A stretch of DNA of 64,000 nt from an uncultured Flavonifractor sp. (GCA_910585415.1 CAJUDT010000001.1:42149-106148), one strand, 5' to 3'; shown: positions 1-9,433, counted from the first letter of the stretch. The notes: generated by a model not told the origin, from the letters alone. Made by a program: numbers and translations.

Positions 1-243
1 TTGTCCCCTCTCAGCATCCGGCCCCAGGCGGTACAGCCCCCTCCTGCAATGGGATAGCCTCCCAAGTCTCGCAAATTCAGCATTGTTCCCAGCGGTATCC
101 GGCGCAGCATGGCCCTTTCCCTCCCAATTGTTTTTCCCATTATAGCAAAGACCGGCCAAAAAAACAAGGCGGTCCAGGCCGGATTTTCCGCACACCCACC
201 CCTCCGCCCGCGCATAGAGTGGAGAGAAAAGGAGGCGTATGCC

Positions 244-633
244 ATGGAATCCAGCGGAACCCTCATCACCCGCGTCTATACCTCCCGCGCCCAGATTCCC
301 GTCCCGGGAGCCACGGTGGCGGTGACACAAAAGAGTGAAAACGGACGGCACCACCTGTTGGCCATCCGTATCTCCGATTCCAGCGGGAAAACCACCCCCA
401 TCCCAATCGGCACCCCCATGCTCAGTGCGGGCCAGAGCCCCGGCGGGGCGACGCCCTTCGCCCCGGTGGACCTGTGGGTGTCCGCACCGGGATACGAGGT
501 CCTCACCGTGGAGGATATCCAGGTCTTTCCCGGCACCGAGACCATTCAAACCCTGGAGCTTATCCCCCTGCCGGAGATGGCCATTCCAGGCTCCAGGGGG
601 GAGACTGTATCCACCACCCCCCAAAACCTGTAA
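244..633 (+). CDS. small beta-sandwich (CarboxypepD_reg-like) domain protein, no signal peptide
   Basis: ORF 109..633. The internal in-frame ATG at 244 has AAGGAGG about 8 nt upstream. The segment ITRVYTSRAQIPVPGATVAV...DLWVSAPGYEVLTVEDIQVF resembles a carboxypeptidase-regulatory-like fold. There is a 12-nt gap to the next gene. Confidence 0.5.
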   Translation: MESSGTLITRVYTSRAQIPVPGATVAVTQKSENGRHHLLAIRISDSSGKTTPIPIGTPMLSAGQSPGGATPFAPVDLWVSAPGYEVLTVEDIQVFPGTETIQTLELIPLPEMAIPGSRGETVSTTPQNL

Positions 634-645
634 GGAGGGAGCGGA

Positions 646-1860
646 ATGCCCGAACCTATTATCACACCCTATATTCCCCAGACCATCACCGTCCACCTGG
701 GGCCCCCAAACTCCGACGCGGAGAATGTGACCGTCTCCTTCTCCGACTACGTGAAAAACGTGGCCTCCAGCGAAATCTATCCCACCTGGGAGCCCGCCGC
801 CATCCGGGCCAATGTGCTGGCCATCATCTCCTTTGCCCTGAACCGGGTGTATACGGAGTATTACCCCAGCCGCGGCTATCCCTTCCAGATTACCTCCAGC
901 ACCGCCTACGACCAAAAATTTATCAAAGGGCGCAGTATCTTTGAGAATGTGGGGCAGATTGTGGACGACGTGTTTCGTGACTACATACGTTACCCAGGCC
1001 ATGTGGAGCCCCTGGCCGCCAAATTCTGCAATGGCACCACCTCCACCTGTGACGGCCTCTCCCAGTGGGGCAGTCAGGCTCTGGCCGAGCAGGGGTACAA
1101 CTCTGTGGACATCCTGCGCCACTACTACGGAGACGACATACAAATTGTCACCGGCGCGCCTGTCAAGGGTGTGCAGTCCTCCTACCCCGGCACGCCCCTG
1201 CGCCTGGGCGACCAGGGGCAGGCGGTGATTCAAATTCAGACCATGCTCAACCGTATTTCCCGGGACTACCCGGCAATCCCGAAAATCCCCGTGGTAGACG
1301 GCATATTCGGGGCCAATACCCAGGCGGCGGTGAGGCGTTTTCAGGAGATTTTCAGTCTGGTCCCGGACGGTGTGGTGGGCAGCGCCACCTGGTATAAGAT
1401 GGTCTACCTCTATGTTGGCATACTGGACCTGGCCGAGCTCATCAGCGAGGGGCAGACCTTCACCGGCTTCTCCTTTGTCCTGCCGGAGACTCTGTCCGTG
1501 GGGGATACCAGCCCGCGGGTGCGGCTGCTCCAGTATATGCTGGCCGTGGTGGCCACCTTCTACAACACGATTCCCATGGTGGCGCTGGACAGCATCTACG
1601 GCCCCGCCACCAGCGCCGCCGTCCAGGCCGTTCAGCAGATGGCGGGGCTTCCCCCAAGCGACACCGTGGACAGCGCCACCTGGGAGGCCCTCTATCGGAT
1701 GTATGCCGGTATTGTGGACACCATGGACGAATACACCAACGTAGTTCCGGAGCCCTTCCGGCCGGAAATCGATGACGCGCTCCCCGCCAACGTCACCCAG
1801 TTCCCCGGCCGAAGCCTGTCCCTGGGGGACAGTGATACGATGGGAGGTAGTATTTCATGA
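646..1860 (+). CDS. SpoIID/LytB-like domain protein fused to two PG_binding_1 repeats
   Basis: The N-terminal half has SpoIID/LytB-type segments (VKNVASSEIYPTWEPAAIRANVLAIISFALN ... GLSQWGSQALAEQGYNSVDILRHYYG). Two peptidoglycan-binding repeats follow (GDQGQAVIQIQTMLN...DGIFGANTQAAVRRFQ and GDTSPRVRLLQYMLA...DSIYGPATSAAVQAVQ). Confidence 0.75.
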   Translation: MPEPIITPYIPQTITVHLGPPNSDAENVTVSFSDYVKNVASSEIYPTWEPAAIRANVLAIISFALNRVYTEYYPSRGYPFQITSSTAYDQKFIKGRSIFENVGQIVDDVFRDYIRYPGHVEPLAAKFCNGTTSTCDGLSQWGSQALAEQGYNSVDILRHYYGDDIQIVTGAPVKGVQSSYPGTPLRLGDQGQAVIQIQTMLNRISRDYPAIPKIPVVDGIFGANTQAAVRRFQEIFSLVPDGVVGSATWYKMVYLYVGILDLAELISEGQTFTGFSFVLPETLSVGDTSPRVRLLQYMLAVVATFYNTIPMVALDSIYGPATSAAVQAVQQMAGLPPSDTVDSATWEALYRMYAGIVDTMDEYTNVVPEPFRPEIDDALPANVTQFPGRSLSLGDSDTMGGSIS

Positions 1861-2429
1861 GCTGTTCTTGGGCACCCGGTCCCAATGCCGTGGGCCGTTC
1901 GGTCTTTGACCTGCAAACCATGCTGCGGACCATCTCCTTCCGGCACCCGTGGCTCCCCCGCCTCATTCCCGACGGCGTGTTCGGCGAGCGCACCCTGGAG
2001 GCGGTCATGCTCTTTCAGCGGGAGCTCTTTCCACCGGTCACCGGCATTGTCGATAACGCGGTTTGGGACGCCATTGTTTCGGCCTACCGGCAGTGCTGCA
2101 CCGCCCTGGCCCCGCCCCTTCCCTGCAACGGCTATCCCTCCCGGAGCTACACCATCTCCCCCGGACAGAGCTGCGTCCATTTGGGGCTGATTCAGTCCAT
2201 GTTTCTGGGACTGGGCTGTATTTTGGAGGGATTGGAGAAAGCGGAGGTCAATGGCACCATGGATGATTGTACCGTCCAAAATATCCGCTGGATCCAGCGG
2301 CTGAATCAGGCGGAGGAAACCGGCGTCATCGACCAGCTGGTGTGGGACACTCTGGCGCGGCTGTACATGCTCTTCGTCACCTACGCCCAGACCCCCAGGA
2401 CCTCCCGCCCCGAGCGCTTCGCCCAATAA
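1857..2429 (+). CDS. peptidoglycan-binding (PG_binding_1) domain protein
   Basis: The ATG overlaps the upstream stop (ATGA at 1857-1860). It carries PG_binding_1-like repeats: GRSVFDLQTMLRTIS...DGVFGERTLEAVMLFQ and TVQNIRWIQRLNQAEETGVIDQLVWDTL. Confidence 0.7.
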   Translation: MSCSWAPGPNAVGRSVFDLQTMLRTISFRHPWLPRLIPDGVFGERTLEAVMLFQRELFPPVTGIVDNAVWDAIVSAYRQCCTALAPPLPCNGYPSRSYTISPGQSCVHLGLIQSMFLGLGCILEGLEKAEVNGTMDDCTVQNIRWIQRLNQAEETGVIDQLVWDTLARLYMLFVTYAQTPRTSRPERFAQ

Positions 2430-2432
2430 GCG

Positions 2433-2468
2433 CTGCGGCCCGCCCTCCAGTCTGAGGGCGGGCCGCAG
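2433..2468. terminator. 15-bp GC-rich hairpin between convergent genes (no clear U-tract)
   Basis: CTGCGGCCCGCCCTC-cagtct-GAGGGCGGGCCGCAG lies between the stop at 2429 (+) and the stop at 2473 (-). Confidence 0.5.
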
Positions 2469-2472
2469 TGCT

Positions 2473-2802
2473 TCAAGTCTCCCTGTCCACCTGCTTCATG
2501 TGCTTCAGGTTGCCGATTTTCTGGCTGCGGCGGTCCAGCTGCTCCAGCACCACATCCAGGGGGATGCCTTGGTCCGCCAGCAGCACCATCAGATGGTACA
2601 GCAGGTCGGAAATCTCCCCCACCGTTTCCTCCTGTCTGCCGTTCTTGGCGGCGATAATGGTTTCAGCGCACTCCTCCCCCACCTTTTTCAGGATTTTGTC
2701 CAACCCCTGGTCGAAGAGGTAGCATGTGTAGGAGCCCTCTTGGGGCTCCCGCTGGCGCTGTAAAATCACCTGATACAGGTCTTGCAGTACATGGTCGTTC
2801 AT
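2473..2802 (-). CDS. hisE: phosphoribosyl-ATP pyrophosphatase
   Basis: Start [13 protein letters not shown].. at 2802 overlaps the hisI stop (ATGA). MazG-like HisE motifs are present: [31 protein letters not shown] ... [13 protein letters not shown]. Confidence 0.85.
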   Translation of the reverse strand: MNDHVLQDLYQVILQRQREPQEGSYTCYLFDQGLDKILKKVGEECAETIIAAKNGRQEETVGEISDLLYHLMVLLADQGIPLDVVLEQLDRRSQKIGNLKHMKQVDRET

Positions 2803-3131
2803 GTGGTCCCCTCCAGTATGGTATTGAAAAAGCACGAGCGGCTTCCGGTATGACAGGCAGGGCCGTCCGGCCTGCACAGATAGAGCAGGGTGTCGGTGTC
2901 GCAGTCTGTTCGTATTTCCTTCACATGGAGGAAATTCCCGGAAGTTCCCCCCTTATTCCACAGCTCCCCCCGGCTGCGGCTCCAAAACCAGGCGGTCCCC
3001 GTTTCCAAGGTCAGCTCAACCGCCCGCCTGTTTGTAAAGCCCAGCATCAGCACCTCCAGGGTGTCTACCTCCTGGATGATAACGGGAATCAGCTCCGACT
3101 TTTGAAAGAGCAAATCCAAGTTAAACGCCAT
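2799..3131 (-). CDS. hisI: phosphoribosyl-AMP cyclohydrolase
   Basis: [81 protein letters not shown], with the conserved Cys/His metal site. Confidence 0.9.
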   Translation of the reverse strand: MAFNLDLLFQKSELIPVIIQEVDTLEVLMLGFTNRRAVELTLETGTAWFWSRSRGELWNKGGTSGNFLHVKEIRTDCDTDTLLYLCRPDGPACHTGSRSCFFNTILEGTT

Positions 3132-3135
3132 CGTA

Positions 3136-3891
3136 TCACCTCACCGGAATGTTTTTCGTGCGCAGATAATCCTTCACCTGGGGTACTGTCAGCTCCCCGA
3201 AGTGAAAGAGAGAAGCCGCCAGGGCCGCATCACAGTTGGTTTCGGCAAACACCTGGGCAAAATGGTCCAGACTGCCGCATCCGCCGGAGGCGATCACGGG
3301 AATGGAGACGGCTTCCGTCACCGCTCTCGTCATGGCCAAATCAAAGCCCGCCTTGGTGCCGTCGGCGTCCATGGAGGTCAGCAGAATCTCCCCGGCCCCC
3401 AGCGCCTGGCCCCGGCGGGCCCATTCCACTGCGTCCAGACCAGTGGGCGTCCTCCCCCCGGCGGTGACCACCTCATAGGTTCCATCTCCCCTGCTTCGGG
3501 CGTCGATGGCCAGGACCACGCACTGGGAACCGAAGCGCTCCGCCCCGCGGGCAATCAACGTGGGGTCCGCCACAGCGGCGGAGTTCACCGAAATCTTGTC
3601 CGCCCCCGCCCGCAGAAGCCGCCGGAAATCCTCCAGAGTGCGGATACCGCCCCCCACAGTCAGGGGGACGAACACCTGGGCAGCGGTGCGCTCCACCACA
3701 TGGGCCACAGTGTCCCGGCCGTCGCTGGTGGCGGTAATGTCCAGAAAGACAATCTCGTCCGCCCCCTGGTCCGAATAGTATTTTGCCAGCTCCACCGGGT
3801 CCCCGGCGTCCCGGATGTTGACGAAGTTGACCCCCTTCACCACCCGGCCGTCCCGCACATCCAGGCAGGGAATGATTCGTTTGGCTAACAT
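3136..3891 (-). CDS. hisF: imidazole glycerol phosphate synthase, cyclase subunit
   Basis: [55 protein letters not shown]... is a typical HisF. Confidence 0.95.
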   Translation of the reverse strand: MLAKRIIPCLDVRDGRVVKGVNFVNIRDAGDPVELAKYYSDQGADEIVFLDITATSDGRDTVAHVVERTAAQVFVPLTVGGGIRTLEDFRRLLRAGADKISVNSAAVADPTLIARGAERFGSQCVVLAIDARSRGDGTYEVVTAGGRTPTGLDAVEWARRGQALGAGEILLTSMDADGTKAGFDLAMTRAVTEAVSIPVIASGGCGSLDHFAQVFAETNCDAALAASLFHFGELTVPQVKDYLRTKNIPVR

Positions 3892-3930
3892 GTAAGCTCC
3901 TCCAAATACTGGTTCATCTGACCGCGATTT

Positions 3931-4653
3931 TCACACCTGTGCTCCCGCGTCCGCCACGGCGGCGGAGAGGTCGATGGTCCCGGCATAGCAGGCCTTTCCG
4001 ACGATGGCCCCATAGAGCCCCAACGCAGCCAAGTCCCGAATATCCTGGTTGCCGGACACCCCGCCGGAGGCGATAATCTGTCCGCCATAGACCCCTTGCA
4101 AAGCGTTCAGCCGCTCCAGCGAGGGACCGGAGAGCATCCCGTCTGTGGCAATGTCTGTAAAGATAATAGTCTTTACACCGATTGCCCCCATTTGTCTGGC
4201 AAACTCCAACTCGTTCCGCCCGGAGGATTCCTCCCACCCGGCGGTTTTGACGACACCATGCAGAGCGTCAATCCCCACGGCAATCCGCTCCCCATAGCGC
4301 TCTACGGCGGCGCGGACAAACTCCGGGTCGCTGACGGCAGCCGAACCAATCACCGCCCGGTATACGCCCAGCGCAAAGACCTCATCCAAGTCGGCCAGAG
4401 AGCGGATGCCGCCCCCTAGCTCCACCCGCAGGCCGGACTGCTCCGCCACCGCCTGCACAATGGCGCCGTTTTTCCGCTTGCCGCTCCGGGCTCCGTCCAG
4501 GTCCACCATATGGACGTATCGAGCCCCAGCCGCCGCAAAAGCCGCCGCTGTCGTCAGCGGGTCCTCGGACACCTGATGAACCGTGTTAAAATCACCTTTG
4601 TAAAGCCGTACCACTTTACCATCTTTCAAATCAATCGCAGGCAAAAGAATCAC
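3931..4653 (-). CDS. hisA: ProFAR isomerase
   Basis: MILLPAIDLKDGKVVRLYKGDF... and GGGIRS are present. The start overlaps the hisH stop. Confidence 0.95.
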   Translation of the reverse strand: MILLPAIDLKDGKVVRLYKGDFNTVHQVSEDPLTTAAAFAAAGARYVHMVDLDGARSGKRKNGAIVQAVAEQSGLRVELGGGIRSLADLDEVFALGVYRAVIGSAAVSDPEFVRAAVERYGERIAVGIDALHGVVKTAGWEESSGRNELEFARQMGAIGVKTIIFTDIATDGMLSGPSLERLNALQGVYGGQIIASGGVSGNQDIRDLAALGLYGAIVGKACYAGTIDLSAAVADAGAQV

Positions 4654-5258
4654 CGGTTCAGCCCTCCGAAATTCTTCAAAATTTGCAGTCCCGCTTCTCC
4701 GCTCTTCTCCGGGTGGAACTGACAGCCGTACACATTTCCCCGGCCCACTGCCGCCGTCACTGGCACGCCGTAGTCGGTCAGGGCCGATACGTCCGCCGGG
4801 TCAGCCGTCACGCCGCAGTAGCTGTGGACAAAGTACACATAGGCCCCCTCATCCAGCCCTGCAAAGAGCGGAGAAGGGTTGGGAAAGCGCAAACTGTTCC
4901 AGCCGATGTGCGGGAGCTTACAGGTGGTTGGAATCCGCTCTACACAGCCGCTGACAAGCCTAAGTCCTTCACAGATTTTGCCCTCTTCTCCCCTGTCAAA
5001 GAGCAGCTGCATTCCCAGGCAGATGCCCAAAATGGGCTTCCGCTCCGCCTGCTGCTTCAGCACCCGGTCCAGCCCGCTCCCCCGCAGCCGCTCCGCCGCG
5101 TCGGGAAAGGCCCCCACGCCGGGCAGAATGATGGAGCCCGCCCGCTCCAGCTCCGCCTCGTCGCTGGTTATGCGGGTGTCCAGGCCCAGGTATCCCATGG
5201 CGTTGGTGATGCTTTTCAGGTTCCCCACGCCGTAGTCCACAATGGCAGTATAGCTCAT
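4650..5258 (-). CDS. hisH: imidazole glycerol phosphate synthase, glutaminase subunit
   Basis: IVDYGVGNLKS, ILPGVGAF, GICLGMQLL (nucleophile Cys) and FVHSY match a class I GATase. Confidence 0.95.
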   Translation of the reverse strand: MSYTAIVDYGVGNLKSITNAMGYLGLDTRITSDEAELERAGSIILPGVGAFPDAAERLRGSGLDRVLKQQAERKPILGICLGMQLLFDRGEEGKICEGLRLVSGCVERIPTTCKLPHIGWNSLRFPNPSPLFAGLDEGAYVYFVHSYCGVTADPADVSALTDYGVPVTAAVGRGNVYGCQFHPEKSGEAGLQILKNFGGLNR

Positions 5259-5276
5259 TTGCCGCTCCCCTCTCTG

Positions 5277-5720
5277 TTACAGCCATTGGACAAAGGCCGT
5301 CTTGTCGTTGCAGTTGTAGCCCGCCCGCTCATAAAAACGCAGTGTAGCCCCGTCCTTGGCCCCGGTGAGCAGCATGAGCTTATAGCACCCTGCCGCCTGG
5401 GCCAGCTCCCGGGCCCGGTTCAGGCAGGCGGAAGCCAAGCCCTGCTTTCGATACTCCCGCCGGGTAACCACATTCTCCACCAATCCGTAGGGCCGCAGGT
5501 CCCTGGTCAAATTCGGGACCACCACCAGTGTACACGAGGCACACAGGCGCCCGTCCCGCTCCGCCACAATGATATGGTAACTGGGGTCTGCCAGCAGCTT
5601 TTCCCACAGAGCAGCCCGCGCCGGACATTCCGGCGGTGTCCCCTTCTCATGCAGGTGGGTGTACAGCTCCAGCAGTTCCTCCAGCTCACCGGAGCGGACT
5701 TCCCGGACCGCGCCGCTCAT
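5277..5720 (-). CDS. GNAT family N-acetyltransferase embedded in the his operon
   Basis: Internal start MSGAVREVRSGE.. at 5720 overlaps the hisB stop (5717). GNAT motif A is present: VVTRREYRKQGLASACLNRARELAQAAG. The longer track ORF (to 5990) overlaps hisB in another frame. Confidence 0.8.
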   Translation of the reverse strand: MSGAVREVRSGELEELLELYTHLHEKGTPPECPARAALWEKLLADPSYHIIVAERDGRLCASCTLVVVPNLTRDLRPYGLVENVVTRREYRKQGLASACLNRARELAQAAGCYKLMLLTGAKDGATLRFYERAGYNCNDKTAFVQWL

Positions 5721-6292
5721 AGGACCCCCTTGGTGGAGGTCACTTCGGTCCCCTCCACCCGTACGGCGTCTTTGAGGGCTACACCCAGGGATTTGAACAG
5801 AGCTTCGGTGATGTGATGGGCGTTCTTTCCGTAGAGCGCCTTCATATGTAAAGTCAAACCACTGTTCATCGCCAGGGCCCGCATAAATTCCTCCGTCAGA
5901 CAGGAATCGTATGTTCCAATCTGCGCCTGAGGCATGTCCGCCTCGAACACCAGGAAGGCACGGTTCGAGAAGTCCAGAGCGGTGAAGCACAGAGCCTCGT
6001 CCATGGGAATGCAGGCCGAGGCATACCGGCGAATCCCCCGCCGGTCCCCCAGGGCCTCCCGCAGGGCCTGCCCCAGAACAATGCCCACATCCTCCACCGT
6101 ATGGTGGCCGTCCACCTCCAGGTCCCCCTTGGCGGTGAGCTCCAGCCCCAGACCGCCGTAAAAGGCCAGGGCGGTGAGCATGTGGTCAAAAAAGCCGATT
6201 CCGGTGGAGATGTTCACCGGCCCGCCCTCCAGACTCAGCTTGAGGGAAATGGACGTCTCCTTGGTTGCACGGGAAATGTTGGACGTTCGCAT
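5717..6292 (-). CDS. hisB: imidazoleglycerol-phosphate dehydratase
   Basis: RATKETSISLKLSLEG, GFFDHMLTAL and DGHHTVEDVGIVLGQAL are present. This is the monofunctional (dehydratase-only) size. Confidence 0.95.
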   Translation of the reverse strand: MRTSNISRATKETSISLKLSLEGGPVNISTGIGFFDHMLTALAFYGGLGLELTAKGDLEVDGHHTVEDVGIVLGQALREALGDRRGIRRYASACIPMDEALCFTALDFSNRAFLVFEADMPQAQIGTYDSCLTEEFMRALAMNSGLTLHMKALYGKNAHHITEALFKSLGVALKDAVRVEGTEVTSTKGVL

Positions 6293-6303
6293 AAACAGCC
6301 CCC

Positions 6304-7581
6304 CTACCCTTCAAACCGCACTCGGATGGAATTGGCGTGGGCGGTCAGGTGCTCCGATTCCGCCAAATCCACCACATGCCCACGGACCTGCTCCAGACTG
6401 GCCCGGTCGTACTGAATGACGCTCATGCTTTTGAGGAAGCTGTCCACGCTCAAAGGCGAGAAGAACCGGGCTGTACCCGAGGTGGGCAGCACATGGTTGG
6501 GCCCCGCCAGATAGTCCCCCAAGGGCTCCGGCGACCAGGCCCCCAGGAACACCGCCCCCGCGTTGTGGATGTTGGGCAGGAGTGCGCGGGGGTCCTCTGT
6601 GACGATTTCCAAATGCTCCGGCGCAATCTCGTTGGCCAGCTCCGCCGCCTGGGACAGGCTCTGGCACACAATCGCAAAGCTGAAATCCCGCAGCGAGGCC
6701 TCCATAATCTCGCTACGGCTGAGATACCCCGTCTGGCGGACCAGCTCGGCGTCCACCGCCTCCGCCAGGGTCCGGCTGGTGGTCAACAGCACGGCGGAGG
6801 CCAGCTTGTCATGCTCCGCCTGACTCAGCAGATCGGCGGCCACAAATTTGGGGTCGGCGGATCCGTCGGCAATGACCAGAACCTCTGAGGGTCCCGCAAT
6901 CATGTCGATATCCAAAGCCCCGTAAGCCATACGCTTCGCAGAGGCCACGTAGGCGTTTCCAGGTCCCACCAGCTTATCCACCCGCGGAATGAAGCCCGCT
7001 CCGTAGGCCAGCGCCGCCACCGCCTGGGCCCCGCCCACGGCGATGCAGCGGTCCACCCCGGCGATTTTCGCCGCCGCTAAAACCGCGTCATTGAGGTTTT
7101 CGGTGGGAGGAGTGACCATAATAATCTCCCCCACCCCCGCCACCTTGGCGGGCACCGCGCACATGAGCACGGAGGACGGATAAGCCGCCGTGCCGCCGGG
7201 CACATAGATGCCCACCCGGCCCAGTCCCCGGACCACCCGGCCCACGGTCCCGCCGTCGGGGCTCTTCCACTCCCGGCTCTGGGTCAGGAGCTTCTCGTTA
7301 TAATCCCGGATGTTGGCGGCGGCGTGCTCCAGGGCGGAAATCAGGGCCGAATCGCAGGCGGCATAGGCTTCCTCCAGCCGCCCCTTTGGAATCTCATAGG
7401 GAAGTTTATGGTCAAACTGCCGTGTGTAACGCTCCACCGCCGGGTAGCCCTCCTGGCGCACATTCTCCATGATGGCGGCTGTGGCTGTGTCAATCTCCGC
7501 GTTCTTGGCGGCGGCACGGGCCCGCATGGCGGAGAGGACCTCCCGCTCTGCCCTGCCGTCCGCTGTCACAATCTGAATCAT
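6304..7581 (-). CDS. hisD: histidinol dehydrogenase
   Basis: Start MIQIVTADG at 7581 overlaps the hisG stop (ATGA). VGIYVPGGTAAYPSSVLM, GGAQAVAALAYG, QAEHD and PEHLE are present. Confidence 0.95.
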   Translation of the reverse strand: MIQIVTADGRAEREVLSAMRARAAAKNAEIDTATAAIMENVRQEGYPAVERYTRQFDHKLPYEIPKGRLEEAYAACDSALISALEHAAANIRDYNEKLLTQSREWKSPDGGTVGRVVRGLGRVGIYVPGGTAAYPSSVLMCAVPAKVAGVGEIIMVTPPTENLNDAVLAAAKIAGVDRCIAVGGAQAVAALAYGAGFIPRVDKLVGPGNAYVASAKRMAYGALDIDMIAGPSEVLVIADGSADPKFVAADLLSQAEHDKLASAVLLTTSRTLAEAVDAELVRQTGYLSRSEIMEASLRDFSFAIVCQSLSQAAELANEIAPEHLEIVTEDPRALLPNIHNAGAVFLGAWSPEPLGDYLAGPNHVLPTSGTARFFSPLSVDSFLKSMSVIQYDRASLEQVRGHVVDLAESEHLTAHANSIRVRFEG

Positions 7582-8228
7582 GCTCTGCTCTCCAATTCCG
7601 CCTCGCATCGGGCAATAAAATCTTCAATCTGCGCCTTGTGGAGCTTCATGCTGGCCGTGTTCACAATCAGCCGGGCGCTGACCTGGGCCACGTCCTCAAT
7701 GGGCGTCAGGCCGTTCTCCCGCAGGGTGGCCCCAGTCTCTACAATGTCCACAATGGCGTCCGCCAGATCCAAAATCGGGGCCAGCTCCACCGAGCCCTCG
7801 ATTTTGATGATATCCACATCCATTCCCTTTTTCTCAAAAAAGCTCCGGGTCACATTGGGGTACTTGCTGGCAATCCGCCGGGTCTTATAGGTGCCGTAAA
7901 AATCGCTTCCGTCCTTCACCGCCAGGGCGAAGCGGCAGCGGCCGAAGCCCAAATCCAGCACCTCATAAAACCGCTTTCCCTGCTCCAGGATGGTGTCCTT
8001 TCCCACGATGCCCAAATCACAGACCCCGTGCTCCACATAGGTAATCACGTCCGGGGCCTTGGCCAGCACCGCGTCCAGGGGGTAGTTGGGAATGCTGTGT
8101 ACCAGCCTCCGTCCGGGGTGCTGGATGGGCGAGCAGTCCAGGCCCATTGCCGCAAAGAGCTCCACGCTCCTGTCCTGCAAGCGCCCCTTGGTCAGGGCGA
8201 TGCGCAGGCGCTCATGTTCCATACTCAT
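7578..8228 (-). CDS. hisG: ATP phosphoribosyltransferase, short form
   Basis: LRIALTKGRLQDRSVELF...DLGIVGKD...DIVETGATLRENGL. The ~215-aa short form fits the presence of hisZ. Confidence 0.93.
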   Translation of the reverse strand: MSMEHERLRIALTKGRLQDRSVELFAAMGLDCSPIQHPGRRLVHSIPNYPLDAVLAKAPDVITYVEHGVCDLGIVGKDTILEQGKRFYEVLDLGFGRCRFALAVKDGSDFYGTYKTRRIASKYPNVTRSFFEKKGMDVDIIKIEGSVELAPILDLADAIVDIVETGATLRENGLTPIEDVAQVSARLIVNTASMKLHKAQIEDFIARCEAELESRA

Positions 8229-9394
8229 ACACGCACCAGCCTTTCCCCCGCTTCTCCGAACGCCAGCACACCCACAGCGCCCTTGTCCCGCGCCAGGGTC
8301 AGGGAGTCCTCCAGCGCGCCGCAGGGGGAGAGCTCACAGGTCCCCGCCGGGCGGCTGTCCACCGCCGCCAGAGCTCGAGCCAGCTGACCCGGCCCGAAAT
8401 GAACCAGAACCTCCAATTTTGGGGGCTCATCCGCCTCCAGACAGGCGGCTACCGCGTCCACGTCGATGGCAAATCCGGTTGCCGGGGCGCTCCGCCCAAA
8501 GGCAGCGGCCAAGCCGTCGTACCGCCCCCCGGAGAGGACCGCGTTTCCCGCCCCCTCCACATAGCCCCGAAAGACTACGCCGGTGTAGTAGTCGATTTGA
8601 TGGACCAAACCCAAATCAAAACGCAGGTAATCTCCATATCCTGCGGCCTCCAGCTCCGTCCAGAGGCTTCGCAAATATTCCAAAGTCTCGTGTTCTCCGG
8701 CCAGCGCCTCGGCCTCGTCCAACACCTCCACCCCGCCAAAGAGCCGGGACAGACGTTTTAGCGCGGCATAGGCGGACCGGCCCTGATAGGGCTCCAGCAG
8801 GTCGTTGAGGGCGGCAAAGTTCTTGCCCTCAATGAGCTGGCGCATCTGCTCCACAGTCTCCCCGTCCATATCCATGCGGGCGGCCAGGGCCCGGAAAAAG
8901 CCTGCGTGCCCCAGCTCCACATGGAAGCGCGCCGCCCCGCAGGAGCGCAGGGCGTCTACCGCCAGGGCCACCATCTCCAAGTCCGCCTTGCCCCCAGCCG
9001 CGCCGATGAGCTCTACACCGCATTGGGCAATTTCGCTGCTGCCTCCCCGGTGCTCCGCGCCGGAGCGGAATACGGTCTGGTCATAATAGAGCCGCTGCGG
9101 CAGCGGCATTGCCTGGAGCTTGGTGGCCGCTACCCGTGCAATGGGGGCGGTGCAGTCGGGGCGCATGACCATAATTTTTCCGCTGCGGTCGATGAGCTTG
9201 AGCATTGCCTCCTGCGGCATAGGGTTGCCCGACTGGAGAAACAGGTCGTAAAACTCCACCTCCGGGGTGGAGACCTCCGCGTAGCCCCGGCGGCGGAATT
9301 GGGCCGTCAGGGCGGACTGGACCCGCCGCCGGTCCCGGCACTCGGCAAAGAGCCGGTCACGGGTCCCCTCAGGGGTGTTGATGGTATAATTCAT
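8225..9394 (-). CDS. hisZ: ATP phosphoribosyltransferase regulatory subunit (HisRS paralogue)
   Basis: HisRS-like catalytic-core sequence (PEGTRDRLFAECRDRRRV.., RLYYDQTVFR, GGRYDGL) without an anticodon-binding domain. It is the first gene of the his operon and overlaps the hisG start. Confidence 0.85.
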   Translation of the reverse strand: MNYTINTPEGTRDRLFAECRDRRRVQSALTAQFRRRGYAEVSTPEVEFYDLFLQSGNPMPQEAMLKLIDRSGKIMVMRPDCTAPIARVAATKLQAMPLPQRLYYDQTVFRSGAEHRGGSSEIAQCGVELIGAAGGKADLEMVALAVDALRSCGAARFHVELGHAGFFRALAARMDMDGETVEQMRQLIEGKNFAALNDLLEPYQGRSAYAALKRLSRLFGGVEVLDEAEALAGEHETLEYLRSLWTELEAAGYGDYLRFDLGLVHQIDYYTGVVFRGYVEGAGNAVLSGGRYDGLAAAFGRSAPATGFAIDVDAVAACLEADEPPKLEVLVHFGPGQLARALAAVDSRPAGTCELSPCGALEDSLTLARDKGAVGVLAFGEAGERLVRV

Positions 9395-9433
9395 AGAGAC
9401 ACCTCTCTGCTTGCTTTAACACTTTACCACGCT

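Noticed and set aside
2799-2802. Possibility that split hisI/hisE reflects a frameshifted hisIE pseudogene.
   Set aside because: Both halves are complete and start or stop cleanly at an ATGA overlap like the other junctions in this operon. This still deserves a read-level check.
8086-8808. 240-aa Pro/Arg-rich + strand ORF.
   Set aside because: It is antisense to hisZ/hisG, and its composition is typical of non-coding frames in GC-rich DNA.
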